From a virus (Duplodnaviria > Caudoviricetes), in the IMG/VR virus record IMGVR_UViG_3300033475_000009, positions 26,550-90,549 of that record: 64,000 nucleotides of DNA; one strand, written 5' to 3'. Of this stretch, positions 20,859 through 30,798 are shown piece after piece. Under the pieces are notes generated by a model. That model searched no databases, was not told the DNA's origin, and saw nothing but the letters and a program-made list of their open reading frames with translations. Within the stretch, counting starts at the first letter, position 1, and the number at the start of each line of letters is the position of its first letter. Position numbers and translations under genes: made by a program.

Positions 20859-23800
20859 ATGACTAAATGTTTTAATAAAAATCTAAAAGAGTATAAAGTA
20901 TTACTTAATAAATATAAGTCAGATGCTTTAGTTAATGCTATTATAGAAAAACATCAATATAATAAAGGTGATGATACTTATCCTACTATAGAAGAAGCTG
21001 AAGAAATATCTAAGGATAAATCTTTTACTAACTATAGTTTAATTAATAATCTTAAAAAATCATTAGCTATTAGAGTTAAAACTCTTAGAGATGAATTAAG
21101 TAAAAGAGAGATTAGTAATAAAATCTATATAGTTAATAAAACTAAAATAGATAGGCTTCTTAGACAGATAAATAATTCTCAAGACGAACAAAGCTTTGTA
21201 TACTCAGTAGAATTTGCTAATCAATATTTAAAAGATATTAAGGACTCCTTAGAAGATGGAAGATTTGATAAAGCCTCTTTATCTAATAAAGCTAGGTTTT
21301 TATCTGATGCTAGTAGATATGTCAAAACTTATGACTCTTTAAGATATATAGATACTACTGATTTTTCAGAAAAATCTAAAAAATTGAAAGCAGATTTTAA
21401 TAATGAGATAGTTATTTTAGAAAAGAAATTACAAGAGTATAAAAAAGAGACTGCTATAAATATTGTAGAAGCTCCTTTAACTTCTGAAGAAAAAGAATTT
21501 ACAGATTTCTCTGATCTACTTACTAATGAGATACAGGATATAAACTCTTTAGAATTTAGTTTTGGAGCGTTAGCTACTTCTACGAATCCAATACTTGCCA
21601 GTATTGATAGAACTTATAAAGCAGAATCAGATAAATCCAGATTAGATACTGAAGTAGATTATAAAGAACTAGTAGAATTAGATAAAGAACTTACCAAGTT
21701 ACATGGTTCAGATAAATCCTTTATGTATAATATTTCTTCTGATAATAAAGTACAAAATAAATATATAGTATCTGAAATACAACCAGAATTCTATGAACAA
21801 AGAGCCAATCTATCTAATCAGTTTCCTACAGTAGATGATAATGGAGATAGAATAGAATACAAGTTTGTAGCTAAAGAAGATAATACATCTGAAGCTAATT
21901 CTAATAGATTACATAATTTATCTTTAAAGGATAATAAGAAAAAGAAAGGAAGTTGGTATAAAGAAAACACAGAATACACTAAAGAATTTAAAGATGAACT
22001 AGATAAATTTACTAAAGCTAAATATATACTAGTTAATACAGTAAAAGATCCTAAAGGAAATTCTTTATTTGAGGAATATAGTATTAATCCTAACTTATCT
22101 CAACATCAGTATGAACAAATAGAGTACTTTATAGAAACTCAGTTTGATGCAAGTACCTATTATAGTATAGATAAAGAAGGTAATATTATAGATATAGTAG
22201 ATCCTTATGATGAAGAAGGTAAGATTAATAATAATTTAGCTGCCTGGAGACCCAAAACTAATAATTTTAAACCTAAAGATAAATGGAATGATAGTAGATA
22301 TAAAGAGTTAATGTCTGGAAGAGATGTTAAATCTGTATATTATCAAACTTATAGGAAACTATATGAGAAATACGGTAATAAAGTACCTGAATATTCTTAT
22401 AAGAATAATGAACTTATAGCTATGCAAAGAAATTGGATTGATAATTTAATAGATAATCCAAGTTTAAAAAGATTAGGTATTGGTTTATTTCCTGAATGGA
22501 AAAGTTCTAATATAAGTAATATAAAAAGAGATGAAAATGGTAATATTATACCTATTGGACTAAAACTATTATATACAGGTAGTATAGATACTAATATACA
22601 AGATAAAATTAATGCTTTAGAAACTCAGAAACAAAAAGCTTCTACTCAGGAAGAAATAGATTCTATAGATCTTAAACTTAGTAAATTATATAGTTCAGTT
22701 GAGCTTGGTGAAATAAATACTAATCTAACAGAGTCTTTACTTAACTATATGAATATGGCTAGTAAGTATGAACTTAAAAGTAAATTAGAAAGACAGTTTA
22801 GCTTAGTACAGGATGTAGTAGAAGATTCTCAATCTTTTTCTAAAGATTATTTTACAGGTAAAATTAGACCTACTAATAATAGAATAGCTACTAGATTACA
22901 GGATTTTATTAATACTAGAATATATGATGAAGTAAGAGCTGATAGAGATTTAATTTCTACTAAAATAGCTGATACTATAAGTAAAGTAACTTCTATATCA
23001 GGTATAGGATTAGCTATTAGACCTGCATTAGGTAACACTATTACAGCTACTTTTAATAACTTTATAGAAGGGTTTGGAGGACAGTTCTATTCTACTAATA
23101 ATTATCTTAAAGGTAAAAAAATAGCGACAGGTAACATTAAACAATTACTTAATAGTTTATCTAATGGAGAACAGACTAAAGTTAATGCTCTTATAGATAG
23201 ATTAGGATTGTTTGAAAAATTTAATCCTGTAAATCCTAATGATGTAGTAGAGAAACTAGATTGGAAGAGAAAAATGACTTCTGATATATTTTTTATTATG
23301 CAAAATGCCTCAGAATACTACGTACAATCTTCTGTAGCTCTAGCTATGACGCACTCTCACAGAGTAGTAGATGGTAAAATATTAACTGAGTTAGAATATA
23401 AAGATTTATATAAAAATAATGAATTTGAAAATTATCCTACCTTTTATGATAGTATAGATTTTATTGATAATGATATAAAATTTAAAAATGGTTTAGAGGT
23501 AAATAATGATAAAACAAAAGATGAAATATTTTTATTTAGTCAAAGAATAATAGGTGTTAATCAAAAGATTCATGGTAGATACACTACAGATGATGCTAAT
23601 AGGTTACAACAATTTGCTTTGGGTAGAATCTTTCAACAATTTAAAAGATGGATCTCAGCAGCAGTAGAAGAAAGATTTACTAAGAAACATTATGATTATA
23701 GATTACGTTCAGATATAGAAGGTAGATATGTAACTATGTATAGAGTACTCTCTAATCTAAAGAAAGAAGGTTTAAAAATATTATGGGATTGGAAAAATTT

Positions 23801-24245
23801 AAATGAATTAGAAAAATCTAATATAAGAAAGATATATATAGAATTATCAGCTATTATGACTACTGGTATATTAGCTTATTTAGCTAAAAAAGCTGGAGAT
23901 AATTTTGATGATGAAGATGAATATTATCTTAGAAAATTAGCTCATTTTGGTGCTTATATGAGTAATAGAACCTATAGTGAATTAACTACTTTCTATCAAC
24001 CTAATGTATTATTAACAGCTTCTAATGCTCCAGTATTAGGTACTATTAAAGAGATGGGTGAATTTGGTAATGCTGTACTTATGTATCCTTTTAGAGATGA
24101 AGATACTAATCATTATAGTAGAGGTACTAATAAAGGTAGATTAAAAGTAGAAAAAGAGTTTGGAGATTTAGTACCTATATGGAAAGATATTAGTTTCTAT
24201 AACTCTTTAGATGTACAGGGTAATTATTACTTTAGTATAAAATAG
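20859..24245 (+). CDS. Large ejection protein downstream of RNAP
   Basis: 1128 aa, helical, N-terminus MTKCFNKNLKEYKVLL, hydrophobic C-terminal helices. Occupies the third position of the crAss-like ejection trio. Confidence 0.65.
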   Translation: MTKCFNKNLKEYKVLLNKYKSDALVNAIIEKHQYNKGDDTYPTIEEAEEISKDKSFTNYSLINNLKKSLAIRVKTLRDELSKREISNKIYIVNKTKIDRLLRQINNSQDEQSFVYSVEFANQYLKDIKDSLEDGRFDKASLSNKARFLSDASRYVKTYDSLRYIDTTDFSEKSKKLKADFNNEIVILEKKLQEYKKETAINIVEAPLTSEEKEFTDFSDLLTNEIQDINSLEFSFGALATSTNPILASIDRTYKAESDKSRLDTEVDYKELVELDKELTKLHGSDKSFMYNISSDNKVQNKYIVSEIQPEFYEQRANLSNQFPTVDDNGDRIEYKFVAKEDNTSEANSNRLHNLSLKDNKKKKGSWYKENTEYTKEFKDELDKFTKAKYILVNTVKDPKGNSLFEEYSINPNLSQHQYEQIEYFIETQFDASTYYSIDKEGNIIDIVDPYDEEGKINNNLAAWRPKTNNFKPKDKWNDSRYKELMSGRDVKSVYYQTYRKLYEKYGNKVPEYSYKNNELIAMQRNWIDNLIDNPSLKRLGIGLFPEWKSSNISNIKRDENGNIIPIGLKLLYTGSIDTNIQDKINALETQKQKASTQEEIDSIDLKLSKLYSSVELGEINTNLTESLLNYMNMASKYELKSKLERQFSLVQDVVEDSQSFSKDYFTGKIRPTNNRIATRLQDFINTRIYDEVRADRDLISTKIADTISKVTSISGIGLAIRPALGNTITATFNNFIEGFGGQFYSTNNYLKGKKIATGNIKQLLNSLSNGEQTKVNALIDRLGLFEKFNPVNPNDVVEKLDWKRKMTSDIFFIMQNASEYYVQSSVALAMTHSHRVVDGKILTELEYKDLYKNNEFENYPTFYDSIDFIDNDIKFKNGLEVNNDKTKDEIFLFSQRIIGVNQKIHGRYTTDDANRLQQFALGRIFQQFKRWISAAVEERFTKKHYDYRLRSDIEGRYVTMYRVLSNLKKEGLKILWDWKNLNELEKSNIRKIYIELSAIMTTGILAYLAKKAGDNFDDEDEYYLRKLAHFGAYMSNRTYSELTTFYQPNVLLTASNAPVLGTIKEMGEFGNAVLMYPFRDEDTNHYSRGTNKGRLKVEKEFGDLVPIWKDISFYNSLDVQGNYYFSIK

Positions 24246-24331
24246 TGGCTAAATTACTTATAGTTAATTATTTATACTAATATATAGAATATATTATTTA
24301 ATTTTACTAGTTTTATAAAAAAATTACAGCT

Positions 24332-24661
24332 ATGTATGGATGGGATTCTTTCGCCAAGGGTTTAAATGAATTAATAAGAGCTTTTAAAGGAGGTACTAGT
24401 CTTGCAGATGAAGTAACTACTTCTACTACAGGTGCTAACTTTGTACAGTTAGCTGATCACAAATGTTATACAGTTACTATAATAAATGATTCAGGTCAAG
24501 ATATTAAAGTAAAAGTAAAAACATCTACTGCTTTAATAACAGTATTTAATGGTTCTTACTTTACCTTTGATGGTATTGAAAACAGTACTAATTTATCTAT
24601 AAGAAGAAAAGACTCAGTTGGTACAGGAGTTACTGTTCAGTATATTTGTAATTCTTATTAA
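24332..24661 (+). CDS. Small beta-rich virion/tail-associated protein
   Basis: 109 aa of alternating beta-strand pattern, first gene of the tail-fibre block. Confidence 0.45.
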   Translation: MYGWDSFAKGLNELIRAFKGGTSLADEVTTSTTGANFVQLADHKCYTVTIINDSGQDIKVKVKTSTALITVFNGSYFTFDGIENSTNLSIRRKDSVGTGVTVQYICNSY

Positions 24662-24674
24662 TCTTTAACAAGCT

Positions 24675-26597
24675 ATGGTTACAGGACAAAAAGGAGGCTT
24701 ACTTAAAACTGAGTCAAGTAATGATGTATTAAATACTGGATTAGCAGGTTTTGTAGCTAGTCCTAATACTCCTATAACTAGCTCTGATACTATTTTAACT
24801 GCTTTTGATAAAACTCAAGCTCAGTTAAACTCTATAGGTGTAGGCCCATTTGTAAAAACTGATGGAACCACTCCTCTAACAGGTAATTGGGCTGCTGGTA
24901 ATTTTTATATATCCGCTCAAACTATAGGTATTAATACAGATGGTACTATTCCTATTGGTAGTTTACAAGTAGCAGGTAATCTTACTTCTACCATTAGAGG
25001 TATAGTTAATGATCAGTATTCTACTGATACTTTATCAGCTAAAATATACAATAGAAAAGCTAGAGGTACATTTGCTTCTCCTTCTACTATAATAACTGGA
25101 GATGTAATAAGTAATTGGACTTCTTCAGCATATGATGGTACTTCATTTGTAGATACTGCCGATACAAGAATATTAAGTGCTGGCACTATAAGTACTGGAA
25201 TAATACCTTCTCAGATGATGTTTAGGACGACTAATAGCTTGGGTACATTAACCCAAGCATTAACTATAGATGAAAATCAAAATATATCTGTAGGAAATAT
25301 CAATCCAGTTACTGGAATGGGAAGAGTTATACATTTGTATAATACTTCTAACGTTGCAACATCAGCAGATAATGCATCTTTTTTAGCACAGTCAGTTAAT
25401 AGAAATTCTTTATTTATAGCAAGAACTTCAGCCACTGGTACTTCATCTTTTCAACATCAATCTAATGATGGGTTAACAACTTATGGAAGTATGTTATGGT
25501 TTGCTTTAGGTGGATCCCATGTTTGGCAAATTAATTCAGATAATACTCAAAAATTAGCTATAGATACTACTGGATTTTTTTCATTAGGAACTGTAGCCAC
25601 TCCAACAGCATTACTAGATGTTAATGGTGTATCTACAGCATTTTCTAAAACTGCATGGACTACTAATGGAACTATTTTAAGAATCCGACCTTTTACTATT
25701 ACAGACACAAATTCTTCTGGTACAGTTCCAGCACAATATGTAAATGTTTTTGGCGCACCAACAATTGCTGCTTCATCAACTACTGCTTATACGTTAAGTG
25801 CTAATACATTTATTGCTGGACCTACTGCTGGAACAAATGTAACTCAGACTAATACAGCAGCTTTAGTATTAGGAGGAAATTTGTATTTTAATGCTAGTGC
25901 GACTGTTGTTGTGGGTACTTTTGATGCACAAACATTAAGTTTAAGAACAAATAATACTACTAGACAGTCCATAACTTCAGCGGGAGCATTTACATTTTCA
26001 TCTTCTGCATTTTCAGGTACACAAGCTTTCATGACCTTTACACCTGGTACATCATCATCAGGTACATCATCGGGATTAATTTGGACAGGCGCACCTCATA
26101 CTGGTCAAACTGCAAGTACTGAGATAATTGATATTAACTATGCTCTTAACAGAACTATTACATGGTCTACAGGAGCGTTGACTACTCAAAGATTCTTTTT
26201 AGTTCAAGCACCTACTATAGCATTTGCAGGAGCTAGTACAGTAACACAAGCAGCTACATTTGTTATTAGTGCAGCACCTATTGCTGGGGCTAATGCTACT
26301 ATAACAGAAAGTAATGCTTTTTGGGTACAAAGTGGGCAAAGTAGATTTGACGGAGCTATCAAAATAATTGATAATAATATTATTTTAAGCACAGTAACAG
26401 GTACTATACTTGGTACATCCACTACTCAGAAATTATCTTTCTGGAATAAAACACCAGTAGTTCAACCTACAACATCTATAACAGCGTCTACATTTGCAGC
26501 TAACACTTCTGGAATATTGAATGATACAGCTACTTGGGATAGTTATACAATAGGAAAAGTAGTAGCAGCTTTAAGACAAGTAGGAATTCTAGCATAA
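24675..26597 (+). CDS. Tail fibre / receptor-binding protein
   Basis: 640 aa, T/S/G/A-rich beta-repeat sequence. FVKTDGTTPLTGNW and VVGTFDAQTLSLRTNNTTR fibre-type motifs. Confidence 0.7.
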   Translation: MVTGQKGGLLKTESSNDVLNTGLAGFVASPNTPITSSDTILTAFDKTQAQLNSIGVGPFVKTDGTTPLTGNWAAGNFYISAQTIGINTDGTIPIGSLQVAGNLTSTIRGIVNDQYSTDTLSAKIYNRKARGTFASPSTIITGDVISNWTSSAYDGTSFVDTADTRILSAGTISTGIIPSQMMFRTTNSLGTLTQALTIDENQNISVGNINPVTGMGRVIHLYNTSNVATSADNASFLAQSVNRNSLFIARTSATGTSSFQHQSNDGLTTYGSMLWFALGGSHVWQINSDNTQKLAIDTTGFFSLGTVATPTALLDVNGVSTAFSKTAWTTNGTILRIRPFTITDTNSSGTVPAQYVNVFGAPTIAASSTTAYTLSANTFIAGPTAGTNVTQTNTAALVLGGNLYFNASATVVVGTFDAQTLSLRTNNTTRQSITSAGAFTFSSSAFSGTQAFMTFTPGTSSSGTSSGLIWTGAPHTGQTASTEIIDINYALNRTITWSTGALTTQRFFLVQAPTIAFAGASTVTQAATFVISAAPIAGANATITESNAFWVQSGQSRFDGAIKIIDNNIILSTVTGTILGTSTTQKLSFWNKTPVVQPTTSITASTFAANTSGILNDTATWDSYTIGKVVAALRQVGILA

Positions 26598-26621
26598 TAA
26601 CCATATAAATAAACTATATTC

Positions 26622-27689
26622 ATGAAAAAAATAATATTTTCCTTATTATTAACACTATATTTTACAAATTTAAAAGCTCAAAGCTATGGTGGTATTATAG
26701 CCTATATAGCAAATTTCAATGATAGTACGTATAGTCTATATCAACAAAATTCACCAACAAATTTTTATGGTAATAGATTAGAATATATGTGGGTTAGTAG
26801 AAAACAAACTCACTTATATGCAAATACTATTTATTTTGATTCATCTAAATATAGATCTGATACTCAAATATTAGGCAAACTAATGTGGGTAGATAATAAC
26901 GGATTAATTAATTATAGTATTATAGATTCACTTAAATTAGGGTATAATAGTTTACCTTTTACATCTACTACCTTTTTAACTAAAGCTATAGCAGATGGAT
27001 ATTATTATCCTTTAAATACTAATCCTTCTGGATACTTAACTTCTATTACTAATTCTCAAGTAATAGGTGCTATTGGATATATTCCTTATAATGGTACTTC
27101 TAATTCATTAGGATTTCTTACTAGTTCTTCACTAACTCCTTATCAATTAGTTTCTAACTTACAAAGTAATTTAATTTCTTCTTCTACTAAATACCCTTCT
27201 ATAGATGCTGTAAATACAGGACTAGCTACAAAACAAAATACTATAACAGTTACTACTATTGGAAATAGTGGAAATGCTACATTTTCAGGTAATACTCTAA
27301 ATATTCCTAATTATACATATACTCCAATTACCCCTACATTTAATAATAATGTTTCTAGATCTATAAGTAATTCTACAGGTAGTATTAATCAATATACTAT
27401 ATCTACTACTCAAAATTCTAGAGTAACTTATACTATAACTATAACTTGGAGTATTACAGCTTTATTAGCTACCTCAGGTACAATATTTTTAGAATATTCT
27501 ACTAATTCTGGTTCTACTTGGAATATTGTAGCCTCTCCAGGTAAAAGTATTAATTTAGGATTAGTGCAGTCAGGAACTGATGATTTAAGTGTATCTGGAG
27601 ATATTCCAGCTAATGCTTTAGTTAGACTTAGACCTTCTAATACTAATTCTTCTTTTACTTATGTGAGAGGACAAGAAATACTATATTAA
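26622..27689 (+). CDS. Tail-fibre-like protein with N-terminal signal-peptide-like segment
   Basis: MKKIIFSLLLTLYFTNLKA|Q leader, YYPLNTNPSGYLTS stalk-like repeat and a beta-sandwich C-terminus. Confidence 0.5.
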   Translation: MKKIIFSLLLTLYFTNLKAQSYGGIIAYIANFNDSTYSLYQQNSPTNFYGNRLEYMWVSRKQTHLYANTIYFDSSKYRSDTQILGKLMWVDNNGLINYSIIDSLKLGYNSLPFTSTTFLTKAIADGYYYPLNTNPSGYLTSITNSQVIGAIGYIPYNGTSNSLGFLTSSSLTPYQLVSNLQSNLISSSTKYPSIDAVNTGLATKQNTITVTTIGNSGNATFSGNTLNIPNYTYTPITPTFNNNVSRSISNSTGSINQYTISTTQNSRVTYTITITWSITALLATSGTIFLEYSTNSGSTWNIVASPGKSINLGLVQSGTDDLSVSGDIPANALVRLRPSNTNSSFTYVRGQEILY

Positions 27690-27712
27690 TACATTATTAA
27701 AATATATTTATT

Positions 27713-27937
27713 ATGAAAATACACTTAAAATTTAAAGAAGAAGACAAACCTCTACAGATGGGTTTAAATCAAATATTTAATTCAGAAGAATTAGATAAAT
27801 TTCTATTAGATCGTTCTGAAATATTAGTAGGATATACTATCTTTGAAGATAGATCTCAAATTAATTTCACTAAAGAAGATGGTTCTATAGGAGTAGCCTA
27901 TTTGACTGAAGTACCTGATGATTTTAAATTAAATTAA
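27713..27937 (+). CDS. Hypothetical protein
   Basis: 74-aa ORF collinear with the tail block, AT-rich leader. Confidence 0.55.
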   Translation: MKIHLKFKEEDKPLQMGLNQIFNSEELDKFLLDRSEILVGYTIFEDRSQINFTKEDGSIGVAYLTEVPDDFKLN

Positions 27938-27958
27938 TTCAATAAAACCAAAACAATT

Positions 27959-28243
27959 ATGTTATTAGATTTTAATAAAGACTTAAAAAGTCTAGATGGA
28001 ATTAAAGGAGAAACTCCTATTAATTTAGGACAAGCTCTAGCTAATTTATTAGTAAATCAACCTAAAGGAGATGCTATTAAGTATTGGGGCTGGGCTTCAA
28101 AACTTTATAATAAAGAAGCTATTAATGTAGATGAATCTGATTACAATACTTTAAAAGATTTTATTAAAAATAATGAATCAGCTTATATTATATTTAAAGC
28201 TCAATTATTAGAAGTATTAGGAAGTGAATTTATTAAAGATTAA
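27959..28243 (+). CDS. Putative tail fibre assembly chaperone
   Basis: 94 aa, acidic and helical (LKSLDG..LGQALANLL..KYWGWASKLYNKEAINVDESDYNTLKDFI), directly after the fibre genes. Confidence 0.4.
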   Translation: MLLDFNKDLKSLDGIKGETPINLGQALANLLVNQPKGDAIKYWGWASKLYNKEAINVDESDYNTLKDFIKNNESAYIIFKAQLLEVLGSEFIKD

Positions 28244-28246
28244 GTA

Positions 28247-28627
28247 ATGATAATATCCTCTATTATATTTATTTTACTTCAATTAACTGTAGCTGGAGCT
28301 TCTACTATACAAATAGGTAATTTTATACTATTTATATTTAACACTTTATATAGTATAATTATAACAGCTTTAGTTATACCTACATATAAGGAACATAAAC
28401 TTATAATGAAAGACTATGAACAAAGAAATAGTCCTCAAGCTAAAATACTGGCTGATAGAGAAGCTGAAGTAATAAAGAAATATGGTAGTGATATAGCTGA
28501 AATAAAACATAGTTTAAATAATCTTACTAATCAATTACAAGTAGCTCTTAAGAGAAAAGAAGATGAACCTGAATGGGTAGATGTTCTTAAAGCTATAAAT
28601 AAACTTAATGATAGATTAGATAATTAA
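28247..28627 (+). CDS. Putative holin / membrane protein
   Basis: Two N-terminal hydrophobic helices followed by a charged coiled coil. Confidence 0.5.
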   Translation: MIISSIIFILLQLTVAGASTIQIGNFILFIFNTLYSIIITALVIPTYKEHKLIMKDYEQRNSPQAKILADREAEVIKKYGSDIAEIKHSLNNLTNQLQVALKRKEDEPEWVDVLKAINKLNDRLDN

Positions 28628-28653
28628 TTTATTTATTTTAAAATTATAAATAG

Positions 28654-28887
28654 ATGAAAAAGTATAAACTTTATTTCTCTATATTTAATGCTGTACAAGA
28701 GACACAAAAAGAAATAACCAGACTACAAGTAGCTAATAAAACTCTTATGGCTGCTTTATTAGGTACTTCTTTTATTTCTGGTTCTCATATTAGTACATTT
28801 ATAATAGCAGCTGTAGGAGCATCAATAGATTTTATACTTTCATGTTGTTGGTTAGAAGAGATAAATGGAATTCCTGAAAAACAATAG
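28654..28887 (+). CDS. Small membrane protein (holin/antiholin candidate)
   Basis: 77 aa with two hydrophobic segments in the C-terminal half. Confidence 0.4.
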   Translation: MKKYKLYFSIFNAVQETQKEITRLQVANKTLMAALLGTSFISGSHISTFIIAAVGASIDFILSCCWLEEINGIPEKQ

Positions 28888-29146
28888 TCTTACTATAGTA
28901 GTTATTATACTATTACTAATAATTATCTTCTTAGATAATAGGCATAAACCTATTAATTCTATAACTCCTATACTTAATAGAGATTCTATAGAATCTAGTA
29001 TTAAAGAGCAGTATAGAGTTAAACTAGATAGTGCTATAAAAGACCATAATACTAAAATAATTCAATTAAAAGCTAAAAATAAAAAGATTGAAAAAGATAT
29101 TAATAATCTTGATAGTATTATTGGTCAACTTCCTGACTTTAAATAA
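28865..29146 (+). CDS. Inner-membrane spanin-like protein
   Basis: N-terminal TM (LTIVVIILLLIIIFL) plus a periplasmic coiled coil; overlaps the next gene by 59 nt. Confidence 0.5.
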   Translation: MEFLKNNSLTIVVIILLLIIIFLDNRHKPINSITPILNRDSIESSIKEQYRVKLDSAIKDHNTKIIQLKAKNKKIEKDINNLDSIIGQLPDFK

Positions 29147-29489
29147 AAGTGTTGCTCAAATTTTTTTAGATAGCAACACTCAACAGGTATATATGCCTAA
29201 AACTATCTATAAGGCTATTAGGAGTAAGCTTATATTAAAGGATAGTATTATTAGTATACAAAAAGAAATAATAGCTCAGAAAGACTCCATAATTGAAATA
29301 GATAGTCTAGAATCTTTAAGCTATAAAACTGAATTATTACAAAAGAATTTTACTATAGATACTTTAGCTACTAACTATAATAAACTACAAAAAGACTATA
29401 ATAAAGAAAAAACCTCTGTAATATCTAACTTTAAATTATGGTTAGGTATTACAGTAGGTCTTGTATTTGGAGTACTAATAGCTAATTAA
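29088..29489 (+). CDS. Spanin-like secreted coiled-coil protein with C-terminal TM
   Basis: Signal peptide ..NKSVA|Q, coiled coil, C-terminal WLGITVGLVFGVLIA; no lipobox Cys. Confidence 0.45.
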   Translation: MKKILIILIVLLVNFLTLNKSVAQIFLDSNTQQVYMPKTIYKAIRSKLILKDSIISIQKEIIAQKDSIIEIDSLESLSYKTELLQKNFTIDTLATNYNKLQKDYNKEKTSVISNFKLWLGITVGLVFGVLIAN

Positions 29490-29491
29490 CA

Positions 29492-29833
29492 CTATTTTCT
29501 TCTTGCTCTATCTCTTTTATTATACTTTTTTTGATACTTAATAGTACTTACTCTTCTAAGTTTTATATTAGTATCTCTATAATCTTTTGCCATAGCAAAT
29601 ACTAATAATTGGGTAGTTAGTTTCTCCCTAAGTTGAGGAATTGTATACTTTGTTTTATATTCTCTTATACTTTCTTCAAAAGAACCAGCCTCTATTTTAT
29701 AAAGCATATAATCTATATGAGTTAATTGTTTAGAAAAATAATGCATTATTTCTCTTTCCTGATTAATTAACTCTCTAGATTCTAATGTATATAATTCTGT
29801 ACTTAAACAGCTTCTACCTCCAGTATAACTCAT
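29492..29833 (-). CDS. Hypothetical protein (last gene of the - arm)
   Basis: 113-aa ORF with a basic C-terminus; its stop lies 2 nt from the stop of the + arm. Confidence 0.55.
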   Translation of the reverse strand: MSYTGGRSCLSTELYTLESRELINQEREIMHYFSKQLTHIDYMLYKIEAGSFEESIREYKTKYTIPQLREKLTTQLLVFAMAKDYRDTNIKLRRVSTIKYQKKYNKRDRARRK

Positions 29834-29846
29834 TTATAATAATTAT

Positions 29847-30311
29847 TTAAAATCCAGCTTCACTAAACTTACTAGTTATTATTTTCTTATATTTAATACC
29901 ATATTTACTAGCTTTTAAGGTATTATCTCTAGGCTCTAATACTTTTATTAAAACTTCTTCTAAAGTACATACATCTTCTATACTTTTACATAATACTACT
30001 TTAATAAGATATTTAGATAAATCTAATCCATGATAAGTGATTCTAGCAATTCCATTACTAGTTTTATCAGATCTTAAATCTATCCATTTTTGAAAATGTC
30101 TATATAGAGTTTTCTTAACATCTGTTTTACTTCTACCTATATATACTACTATATCATTTTCTTTAATAAGATATACTCCTGGTCCTGTATAAGATAGAGA
30201 ACAAATTCTTTTATTATTCTCTATCTTATATGGAGGAAACCATTTACTATAAATTCTATCCCTCTTTGGCATATTCTCTAATATAGTATTTAAGAAGTTT
30301 CTCACAATCAT
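29847..30311 (-). CDS. GIY-YIG-family nuclease
   Basis: GPGVYLIKENDIVVYIGRSKTDVKKTLYRH ... LEEVLIKVLEPRDN. The true start is probably the ATG of MPKRDR. Confidence 0.75.
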   Translation of the reverse strand: MIVRNFLNTILENMPKRDRIYSKWFPPYKIENNKRICSLSYTGPGVYLIKENDIVVYIGRSKTDVKKTLYRHFQKWIDLRSDKTSNGIARITYHGLDLSKYLIKVVLCKSIEDVCTLEEVLIKVLEPRDNTLKASKYGIKYKKIITSKFSEAGF

Positions 30312-30495
30312 CTGAATTAAACTCTTCTCTTAAATATTCTTCAAACTGTAATAGATTACTAAAATTTAAAGCTTCTCTAATTTGATCTTCAGTAAAAGAT
30401 ATAAACCTACTTTTGCTATAAAAATAGTAATCTATATTTACTGAATTCTCATTAGTAATAGTATAATCTTCAATAGTAAATTCTTTCATATACAA
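30256..30495 (-). CDS. Hypothetical protein
   Basis: 79-aa ORF overlapping its neighbours as expected in an operon. Confidence 0.5.
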   Translation of the reverse strand: MYMKEFTIEDYTITNENSVNIDYYFYSKSRFISFTEDQIREALNFSNLLQFEEYLREEFNSDDCEKLLKYYIREYAKEG

Positions 30496-30683
30496 GTTAT
30501 TAATAAAGTACCTTTAAATTCTTCAAAGTTATTATGTCCTATTGTTACAAATTCTACCTTACCAGTATGTTTTCTTTTTATAGGATTATATAAAATAATA
30601 CCTCTACTAAAATAAGGAGTATATTCTATTAATATAAATAATTCTCCAGTTTCTATATTTCTATATATTTTACCTTCTTTCAT
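30486..30683 (-). CDS. Hypothetical protein
   Basis: 65-aa ORF, translationally coupled. Confidence 0.5.
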   Translation of the reverse strand: MKEGKIYRNIETGELFILIEYTPYFSRGIILYNPIKRKHTGKVEFVTIGHNNFEEFKGTLLITCI

Positions 30684-30797
30684 TTATTTATCTTTTTCTA
30701 TAAACATAATAGTTAAGCATATTATTATCCATATACCTACAAATAAAGAAGTCCAAGGATATTCATTAATTATTTGAAATATTTCTTTTAGCCACAT
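30684..30797 (-). CDS. Small membrane peptide (not in ORF track)
   Basis: Manual translation MWLKEIFQIINEYPWTSLFVGIWIIICLTIMFIEKDK*; fills the gap exactly. Confidence 0.5.
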   Translation of the reverse strand: MWLKEIFQIINEYPWTSLFVGIWIIICLTIMFIEKDK

Positions 30798-30798
30798 A

